Shown: positions 10,143-19,100 of the stretch, in pieces
Numbering within the stretch: position 1 is the first letter of the stretch
Layout: the number at the start of each line of letters is the position of its first letter
Virus genome (UHGV): UHGV-1374671
Length of the DNA: 64,000 bases
Direction: 5' to 3' (one strand)
Source of the DNA: a virus
Translations under genes and position numbers: made by a program
The notes under the pieces: model-generated
What the model saw: only the letters and a program-made list of their open reading frames with translations
Database searches by the model: none
Told to the model about the DNA's origin: nothing

Positions 10143-10922
10143 ATGAAGAAATTGTTGATTGGGCTGTGTGCCCTGTGTGCTCTGGCAGTGAGTGCAGCTG
10201 AGAATCCGATGAACACCGTACGGACGACCAAGAACGTGGAAGAGCTTCCTGCCGTTCTGCAGGCTGCCTCTGCTGAGATTACGCTTCAGTCGCCTGAGAA
10301 CCGTCGCGTTGATCTGTGTGTTGCCTACGGGCTCGCTTACCTGCGCAGCACAGATGTCCCGACCTTCGACGCCTACATCAAGGTCGTACAGGACAAGGCG
10401 ATCGAGCTGAAGTGCTGGGATGCCTGCAAGATCACGGGTAACGTGTTTGAAGTGCTGCGCCCTTGGTGGATCGGCGAAAAGTTTACCAAAGCGCTTACGG
10501 ATCCGGCCATTGAATGGATTGCCGCCAACCCGCACGTGAATCTGTACAGCAAAGCTGCTATCCTGAGTTACGATCACGAGGACTATGCACAGGCAGTCAG
10601 CTGGTGGGAGAAACGCAAGGGCGGCTCGGCGTATGCGATTATTGCGTACGCCAAGCTGGGGCAGCTCGATGCCGGCATCGACTATTTCTACTCCAAGCTG
10701 GGTACGAAAGAGTGGTCTCCCGAGTCCGGTGTAAACGCCTTTAAGAAGGCCTGGGAACTGGTGCTGGAAAAGAGCAAGTCGGACCCGGCGGTGCTGGACA
10801 AATACAAGAAGCTCAACGCCACGTACGCCAGCATGTACACCAACTACCTGTATGACGCATCAGATCCTGCGAAGTCCCCGTGGCGGCCGCTGGTTACCCT
10901 GCTGACCGCCCAGTCCAAGTAA
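10143..10922 (+). CDS. secreted helical-repeat (TPR/Sel1-like) protein, paralog A
   Basis: Signal peptide MKKLLIGLCALCALAVSAAE. C-terminus SPWRPLVTLLTAQSK matches that of the next gene. Confidence 0.7.
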   Translation: MKKLLIGLCALCALAVSAAENPMNTVRTTKNVEELPAVLQAASAEITLQSPENRRVDLCVAYGLAYLRSTDVPTFDAYIKVVQDKAIELKCWDACKITGNVFEVLRPWWIGEKFTKALTDPAIEWIAANPHVNLYSKAAILSYDHEDYAQAVSWWEKRKGGSAYAIIAYAKLGQLDAGIDYFYSKLGTKEWSPESGVNAFKKAWELVLEKSKSDPAVLDKYKKLNATYASMYTNYLYDASDPAKSPWRPLVTLLTAQSK

Positions 10923-10938
10923 CAGAAGGAACCCTATA

Positions 10939-11730
10939 ATGAAAACTCTTAAGCTGATCACTTGTCTCCTGTTCACGTTTATCGGATGTGTGGGCTTTGC
11001 GGGCTACACTGAAGATTTCCGGATGGCAGACAGCCCGGAAAATATGCAGGCCGTGCTTACCAGATGGGAAGCAGAGTTGCCGAACATGACGAAGGAGGAA
11101 AAGGTCAAGTTCTCCGGTATGAAGATGCTGTACTACTTCCGCACCACTGAGAACCCGACCTATGCTGCCGGACGCCAGATCTACATGGAGCAGATCAAGA
11201 AGCTCGGTGTGGAAAAAGAGGGCATGGAGAGCTCTTTCCTGCTCGGTCCGGTGCATCCGTGGTGGTGCGCCAAGAAGAACGTTGCGCTGATGGAGGAGGC
11301 TCTTGCGTATGTTGAGACGTTGGACAAGGTCACCGCAACGCAGTGGGCGGAGGCCGGACGCATCCTGGCCTTTGCGCTGGACCGCAGGACGGAGGCCATC
11401 GAATATTTCGAGAGCGCCGGACCGAATGGGTATAAGGAGCTGATCCGCGTGTACAAGGAACTCGGCAATGCGGACAAGGCTGTTGAGACTTATTACAAGG
11501 CCGTTGAATCCGAAGGAATGTCCGCGAAGGATGCCGCAGCACAGTTCCAGGTTATCTGGCCGTTGCAGGTTAAGAGCTTCAAGAACGCGGAAGATCGAGC
11601 TGCTGCCAAGTTCCGGCTGCAGACGCTGGTCGACCAGTACACCAACAAGCTGTACACTGATACCAGTGTGAAACCGGAGAACTCTCCGTGGCGCGCGGCG
11701 CTTACGCTGTGGACGGCCAACGCGAAGTAA
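10939..11730 (+). CDS. secreted or lipoprotein-like helical-repeat protein, paralog B
   Basis: Signal with possible lipobox LFTFIGC. Shared internal motifs and C-terminus SPWRAALTLWTANAK. Confidence 0.7.
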   Translation: MKTLKLITCLLFTFIGCVGFAGYTEDFRMADSPENMQAVLTRWEAELPNMTKEEKVKFSGMKMLYYFRTTENPTYAAGRQIYMEQIKKLGVEKEGMESSFLLGPVHPWWCAKKNVALMEEALAYVETLDKVTATQWAEAGRILAFALDRRTEAIEYFESAGPNGYKELIRVYKELGNADKAVETYYKAVESEGMSAKDAAAQFQVIWPLQVKSFKNAEDRAAAKFRLQTLVDQYTNKLYTDTSVKPENSPWRAALTLWTANAK

Positions 11731-11750
11731 ATCGGTACACAGCTTCTCAT

Positions 11751-11797
11751 AACGGGCTTATTGGTCGGATCACGGTCAGTAAGCCCGTTGTATTGTT
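11751..11797 (+). terminator. terminator-like hairpin
   Basis: aacgggctta and taagcccgtt form a 10-bp stem around a 19-nt loop, followed by gtattgttgtg. Confidence 0.5.
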
Positions 11798-11856
11798 GTG
11801 GTAAGCACTTCAAATTGATGTAACGCGGAGCCTGAAATAAAGAGGACACACACAAC

Positions 11857-12486
11857 ATGACATACGCGGAATTCGAGAAACAGGCTGCCTTGTTGGACGT
11901 CGGGATCGATACGGATCCGGATAAGCCGATGAAAGTTGAGGTTGACAAAGAGATCCCGGTAGGTATCGAAAAGGAAATCAATGTCAGGCTACGGCAGCCT
12001 ATCGACATCAATCTGATACCCTCACAGATTACCCCGGAGAACGCCGCTCTTATTGGCGCACTTGGCGGTGGTACTCTTGGATACCTGTTCGGACCTGAAA
12101 AGAAACTGCCCAAGCTGATTGCCACATTGGCGACCGCAGGAGCCGGCGGACTTGGTGGTTACTACGGTGCGAAGCTGCTGCGGAAAAGCGCTTCTATTGG
12201 ATTCCTGAACAAGCTGGCCGCCGTCAGACCGTTCCAGGTGGACAAGGTGCTGGACCGGCAGGAGAAGAAGGAACGTAAGCGCACTGTAAAAGCCAGCCCC
12301 ACGTTGATTCAAATGATCCGCCAATTCAGTGCCCCGGATGTCAACCCTGGTATTCGATATACGAGATCCGGCCTTGAGGGACTGACCCAGGAAGAGCTGG
12401 AAGACCTCTATATGCGGGACATGGCTGTAGCCGCACTTCAGGAGCGGGCTGTCAGCGCAGGTACCAACGATAGCACATCGAACTAA
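11857..12486 (+). CDS. membrane protein with glycine-zipper segment
   Basis: ALIGALGGGTLGYLFG and ATLATAGAGGLGGYYGA hydrophobic Gly-rich stretches. RBS aaagagga. Conserved leader AGGACACACACAACATG. Confidence 0.6.
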   Translation: MTYAEFEKQAALLDVGIDTDPDKPMKVEVDKEIPVGIEKEINVRLRQPIDINLIPSQITPENAALIGALGGGTLGYLFGPEKKLPKLIATLATAGAGGLGGYYGAKLLRKSASIGFLNKLAAVRPFQVDKVLDRQEKKERKRTVKASPTLIQMIRQFSAPDVNPGIRYTRSGLEGLTQEELEDLYMRDMAVAALQERAVSAGTNDSTSN

Positions 12487-12504
12487 TGATAGGAAGTGTT
12501 GATT

Positions 12505-13122
12505 ATGTTGTTCAACGATTTTGTCAAGATGGCGGAAGAAGAAAACACCGACAATAAGAAGCCCGATATCGAGGGCGCGGTTCCAGTTTCTCAGAAAGAT
12601 CTTAACGTCACCTCTCCCAGTAACGTGGAGAAGGGACGCCACGGAATGGAACACGGGAAAGAGGACAACCCCGACAACGACCATGCCCTCGTCATGAACC
12701 TGCTGTACAAGGCGCTGGCTGATGAGCTGCTCGCCTGGTATCAATACTGGGTGTGCCGTAACCTGTCCCGTGGTCCTGGCAAGTTCGACGTGGATCCCGA
12801 GTTCGAGGAGCACATGAAAGAGGAATGGGAACATGTCGACTGGGTGATGGAGCGCATCAAGGAGCTCGGCGGCGCTCCCTACACCAATCCGAACCAGTGG
12901 TTGCCGAATGCGAACCCGTGGCCGGAAGTCACTGAAACCTCCGTACCCGCTCAGCTGGACAAGACCATCGAAGCCGAGAATACCGCGATCAAGTTCTACA
13001 AAGAAGCCTGCGAGGCGGTCCGGCATGTCGATCTCACCACGTACACGCTGTTCAAAAAGATTCTTGGTGAGGAAGAAAAGCATGCCTACGATCTGCACAT
13101 GCTGAAGGAAGCCGTGCAGTAA
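12505..13122 (+). CDS. ferritin-like superfamily di-iron protein (Dps / bacterioferritin / rubrerythrin-like)
   Basis: Two ExxH motifs (EEWEH and EEEKH) in a ~140-aa helical region, after a ~60-aa charged N-terminal tail. RBS aggaag. Confidence 0.55.
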   Translation: MLFNDFVKMAEEENTDNKKPDIEGAVPVSQKDLNVTSPSNVEKGRHGMEHGKEDNPDNDHALVMNLLYKALADELLAWYQYWVCRNLSRGPGKFDVDPEFEEHMKEEWEHVDWVMERIKELGGAPYTNPNQWLPNANPWPEVTETSVPAQLDKTIEAENTAIKFYKEACEAVRHVDLTTYTLFKKILGEEEKHAYDLHMLKEAVQ

Positions 13123-13168
13123 GCTACGGCAATACAGTAGACTCGAACGATATAGGAAGCAAGCCCTT

Positions 13169-16100
13169 ATGGATGATATCAACGTGACGCCTGTTTTGGC
13201 GGACAGCTCCACAGTGGAGAACATTCAGGTTCGCCCGCAGCGTCCTCCCAAAACGGCAGCTGACTGGGTGCGCGACATGCGCATGTCTCCTGAAGTGAAC
13301 AAGACCACTGTCGGTGTGGAGACGGACCGGATAACTCCTGAGTTGCTGATGGCCACGTCGTCCAAGCTGCTTGGTATCTCCAGACGGGAGCAGGATCCGG
13401 ATCCCAAGGATTCCCTGCTCTTCCAGCGCTTCTACGGGCCGGCCGAATACTTTGCAGAACACATTCTGCGGGACGGCAACAAGGTGGCCCGTAACCTGCT
13501 GTGGAAAGCAACCAACAAGGGCAAGATTGACTTCGTACCGTCAGGAGCATTGGATCAGCACGTCAGCGATGTGTTCTACAGCAGCAAGCTGGCCCAGATG
13601 ATCGACGGGTCGTCTCCTTTGGAAACGGTGGACGCTTCCTTCAAGACCACCCGTATCGGCGAGGGCGGCGTCGCAGATGTGCAGTCGGCTCCTGATGAGA
13701 TGCGTACAGTGCAGCCTTCCTACTTCGGATACCTAGACTCCGTGCGCTGCTATTCGGACGATACCGAACTCATGACCAAAAATGGCTGGAAATTCGTTAC
13801 CGATATTACGGAAGACGATGAGCTTGCATGTTATATGGACGGCAGGTTGGAGTACCACAAACCAACCGCATTGAATGTATACGACTACAAGGGCAAGATG
13901 TACGGATACAAAGGTACGCATATCTCGTACCTGGTGACACCGAATCACCGGATGCATTCCAGATGTTATGGAGAACTCAGAGATGGGCGTCCTTGTGGTT
14001 ATAACATTCGTACAGCTGAGAGCATTCACGGTAAGAACAGGGTTGTAGATTCTGCCTGCCATTTGCCGTTACTGTGCAATGAGGATCAGAAATACTTTGA
14101 GCTCCCTGTGGTAGGTCCTAATCTGAAGAAAGAGCAGGTTCATGGCAATCCGCCAATGGGCGCCAGCTTGAAGAACGTGGACAAAGTGGACATCGTGAAG
14201 TTTGCCGAGTTCCTCGGATGGTACCTGGCTGAGGGTTCCTATGTGATCAATGAAACCAAAGGATACTACCGCGTTGATATTGCACAGTCCCCGGAAGTCA
14301 GTGCGGAAAACTACGAGCATATCAGACAGCTGATAGAATCTCTTCCCTTCAACGCAACCAATCCAGGTGCCGAGGAAAAAGCAAAAAGGGGCGGGCATGC
14401 CTTGTCCATCGCCAGAAAACAGCTGACCATATACGTCAGTCAGTTTGGAAAGTGCGAAGACAAGTACATACCTGAGTGGATTTTCTCAGCTCCGTTACAG
14501 GCCCGCAAAGCGTTTTGTTGGGCCCTTCTGCAAGGAGATGGACGGGAACAGAGACATCTCTGCACAAAGTCAAAGCGACTGGCTACTGACTTTGCCCGCC
14601 TGCTTTTTGAATTGGGTGAATCTGCCAAAGTATACCACGAAAAAGAAACCAGATATGAAAACCATCCTGGTATCTGGAATGTTTACTGGCACACCCGCAA
14701 AGAACGTCTTTTGGCTGGAAAAACACATAAGCACAAGGAAGGTGAATATTTCACTGAAGACTATACCGGCAAAGTGTACTGCCCGACCATACCTGGCGGT
14801 CTGGTGTACTGCCGCAGAGGCGAAAAGAGCGTTGGTTTCTGGTGCGGTAATAGTCCGGAGAGGTTACGCGTCGGATTGGATATGTATATGACCAAGAATG
14901 TGGTCAAGGGATCCGATGGAAAGCTGTACCAGAGATTCATCAACGCGCGTACCGGCAAGGAGGAGCTGGTTGACTCCGTAACAGCTTCCAGATCCATTGT
15001 GGCAGCGCCTGAGATGATGGACGCCGATACCAAGTCCATCTTCGCTCTTGGTGGTCGTACTGGCGTACGTATCGTACCCAAGGATAAGGTTGATTATTAT
15101 TTACCCAGAGCCGACGATGCGTACAGCATGTCGTCCAATATGGTGCCCATGTTCAATGGTGTGAAGGAAATGCGCCTGCTGATGGGATGCCTGCATCCGG
15201 GTACTCCGTTGATCACCATATCGGCGAAGAACGAGATCAACATCAAGCCGGCGAAATCCATTGGCAAGAATGCTTATGGAGTGCCTGGCTGCGATGCCAA
15301 AGGCAAGTCGCTGGGGTATCTGATCCGTAACAGCATTGCCAAGTTTCCCCAGAAGCGCAAGTGGTTCAAGAAGGTCGTGCTGATGTCGGGGCGGTCCCTG
15401 ATCACCAGCTACGATCACAGATGGCCAGTGCTGCGGGACGACAAGCTGGAGCTGGTGAACGCATCCGATCTTCAGCCCGGGGACAAGGTGCTCAGATCCA
15501 CGTTCAAGGATCTGCCCAATCGACGCACCTTTTTGCGCGGCGTACTGGTGAACAAGGATGTTGCCACGCTGCTGGGCTGCATCGTAAGGTCGGTCACCAA
15601 ACCTGACCCGGACAAGCTCCGGGTGGTGTACCAGCCTTCTCAGAAGAAGTTCATCGAGGCAGCCATCGAACGGCTCAAACTGGAGAACTCCCGCTTCTAC
15701 GCCAATGCCGGCGAGAAGTGCCTTGCCATTCATGACAGCAACTTCATCCAGTGGGTGGAGAAGGAGATCTGTCTGGAGCCGGAAGAGCGCAAGGTCCCCA
15801 CTGTGATTCTCAGTGCGTGCCTGGACATTGCGTCTCACTTCATCGACGCTTACACGGCCGACACCACCAAGGTCGGCATCGACAGCAACGAGGACATGTG
15901 GATCCTGGATATCCCCAGCATGATCTGCCGTGACGGTCTTGCGTTGCTGCTTGCCAGAATGCAGACGGATACCCTGTACCGGGATGCTGTGCGGGCAGAC
16001 GGAGTCAATCTGGCGTTGAAGCTGGTGGAACAGACCCCCACCTTCGGGGATTCCATTGTGGACGAGGTGAAAATTATACTCGAAGTAGAAAAGGTCCCGC

Positions 16101-19100
16101 TCATGATTGACATCGATATCGATGACAACATGTATGCGACCGCCAATGGAATCATCACACACAACTCCAAGTACCCGTTGCAGGCCATCTCCCTGCTGGA
16201 GCGGGAAGCTCCTTTGGTGAGAGGGCTGGATGAGGCGTCCGGCAGGGACATCCCGTCGTTGGCAGGCAAGTATCTCGGCGCCAGATTCGCCAACCAGGGC
16301 GGCACCGTCACCGCTGTGCGCAAGGACCGCATCGACGTCGTCTACGACGACGGCACCAAGGGCAGCGTTTCCCTGTACCAGAATTTCCCGATGAACGCCA
16401 AGGGGTACATCACCAACACGCCTGTGGTGAAAGCGGGACAGTCCTTCAAGAAGGGAGATGTATTAGCGGCGTCGAACTATACAGACGACAAAGGCGTGGC
16501 GGCCATCGGCAAGAATCTGAGATCCGGCTGGCTGTCCTGGAAGGGCGGCACCTATGAAGACGCTGTTGTAATCTCCGAATCAGCCGCCAAGAAGTTGACC
16601 AGCCGTACCATGTACAAATCGGCAGTCGACCTCGACAAGACAGTCAGTTTGGGAAAGAAGAACTACGTCTCCTGGAAGCCGTCCGAGTACACCAAGGACC
16701 AGCTGTCGGCGCTGGATGACAACGGAATCATTAAGCCGGGTTCCGTGCTTCGCAAAGGAGACCCGATGATTCTGGCGGTGCAGACATCCGAACCCTCTCC
16801 CGGGACGCTTGGCAAGCGCGTGCTGACGGATATCTCCGAGACCTGGGAACACGACCATCCGGGTGTGGTCACTGACGTGGTCAAGACCAGGAAGGGTGTG
16901 AAGGTGTTTGCCATTGTGGAAGCACCTGCGGAAGTGGGGGACAAGGTAAGCGGGAACTTCGGCAACAAGGGAGTAGTCTCGCAGCTTGGTAGAGAGTCCC
17001 AGGAAGAACAGGACGACGAGAACCAGGACTTCCAGATCCAGAAGATCGTACCGGACGCCATGATGCCCATTGGAGAGGACGGCAAGCCTCTGGATCTGCT
17101 GTTCAGTCCTCTTGGGCTTATCTCCCGTACGAACGCTTCCCAGATCCACGAGGCTCTTCTGGGCAAGATCGCCCGTAAGACTGGAAAACCGTTCGTCATG
17201 CCGGCCTTCTACAAGGGCGACCTTACGGAGTTCGTGGAGAACCAGCTGAAACAGAACAAGGTCAGCGACACGGAAGACCTGACGGATCCTTATACCGGCA
17301 GGAAGATCCCCAAAGTGCTGACCGGTGTGTCGTACATCTACAAGCTCAAGCACCAGGCCGAGTCCAAGCTGTCCGCACGCGGTACTGCCGAGTACACTGC
17401 CGAGGGCACGCCGGGTGGTTCTGGACTCACTGGGAGCAAAAGGTACGGAACTTTGGAGCAGTCCGCGATGGTCGGCCACGGTGCGTTTGACAACCTGCTT
17501 GATGCGAAACTCCTGCGTGGCCAGTCGAACTCGGATTTCTGGCGCAGCATCCGTACTGGAGAGATCCCGACGATTCCTGGAGAGCCCCTGGTGCACAAGA
17601 AGTTCTTCGCCCACCTTACAGGCTCCGGTGTGAACGTGCGCAAAACCCCGAAGGGCATCAGCGTGTTCTCGTTGTCCAACGACGATGTGAAAGAACTTGC
17701 CGGCCCCCGTGAGCTGAAATCCAAGGACACCTACGAAGCCAAGACATTCCGTCCCATCGATGGAGGACTCTTTGGTCAGGACCTGTTCGGCCCCAATGGA
17801 GACCGCTGGGCATACATCCAGCTGGACGAACCTCTGCCGAACCCTGTAATGGAGGAGCCTCTGGCGCGTCTTCTCAGAATGTCCACCAAGGACTTCATGG
17901 CAGTGGCCGCCGGCAAGGCTGAAGTGAATGGAATGAAATCCTCCGCCGACATCAAGGAACGCCTGTCCAGGATCAACTTGAAGGCCGAGGAACAGCAGGC
18001 CAAGCAGGAGTTCAAGGACGCCCCGATGTCTAAGAAGGACGCGGCGCTGAAGCGTTATCGGGACATCGCCCGCATGGCTGCGAATGAAGTGTCCCCTGAC
18101 CAGTACATGCTGGATAGGATTCCGGTGCTGCCTCCTGTCTTCCGTCCTGTCAGTACGCACAACGGACTGACCATGGTGGCCGACAGCAACTACCTGTATG
18201 CGCAGATGCTGGACGCCAGAGACGACGCCCGGGAAGCCCGCAACCTGCCCAAGGAATACCAGCAGCAGGCCAGGGAAAACCTGTACCGAAGCTGGAAGGA
18301 GCTGACCGGCATGTACGAGCCCGAGAACGTGAAGCTGAAGAACAAGCACGTGCGGGGGCTTCTGAAGTGGGCGCTTGGTGACAGTCCAAAATGGTCCGCG
18401 TTTCAGAGAAAGGTATTGGGCTCCACGGTGGACACGGTAGGCCGTGGTGTTATCACTCCGGATCCGCGCCTGAAGCTGAACCAGCTCGGCGTTCCTCTGC
18501 CGATGGCGTTGGGCATCTATGAGCCGTTCGTTGCTCGATCCATGGTCAAGCAGGGGTACTCTCCTGTGGAAGCCATGAAGATGATCAAGGTCCAGGACAA
18601 GCGCGTGATACCAGTGCTGCTTAACGTGATGAAGAACAGCCCTGTGCAGCTGAATCGGGCACCTTCGCTCCACAAGCTGAACATCATGGGATTCGAGCCT
18701 GTGCTCACTGCCGGGCACGCTGTCCGGGTAAACCCGTCCATTGTGGTGCCCTTTGCGGCGGACTTCGACGGCAACTGCTGCGATTTTGATAGTGTAATTT
18801 TCCTAAAATTATCAAAATCTGCGCTTGAAAAAACTGCTTTTATGTGCTATGTTGATCATAGTAACAAACCCGAACAAAACAAGGAGGTTTCTATGATCAC
18901 GGAAGACACAAGAGTCGTGGTGTTCAACCCGGATGAGACTGACCCGGATACTGTGTACTGCTCTATGAAGATCGGGGAGTTCCCGCGTAAGGGGGTGCCG
19001 GTGAAAGACCGGAACGGTGCTTTGGTGTACCCGGTTCCAGAAGGGGTAAGCGTACTGTCCTGCGACCCAGTTACAGGTGCTCCGAAGTTCTGCCCTGTGT

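Noticed and set aside
16580-18718. 712-aa minus-strand ORF (and similar long antisense ORFs 12022..13224, 25402..26943, 31724..33304, 36586..38382, 15101..16162)
   Set aside because: Each lies wholly inside a + strand gene with recognisable protein signatures (RNAP, fibre and others). High GC makes stop-free antisense frames common. No RBS or start context. Arg/Gly-rich junk-like composition.
18776-18895. Interpreting the AT-rich cassette as a gene boundary (beta'N ending here and a new gene starting at ATG 18893)
   Set aside because: No in-frame stop anywhere in the segment. Block A of an intein precedes it and block G with the resuming beta' motif follows about 1.4 kb later. A continuous precursor is more parsimonious, though an internal start is still flagged as a finding.
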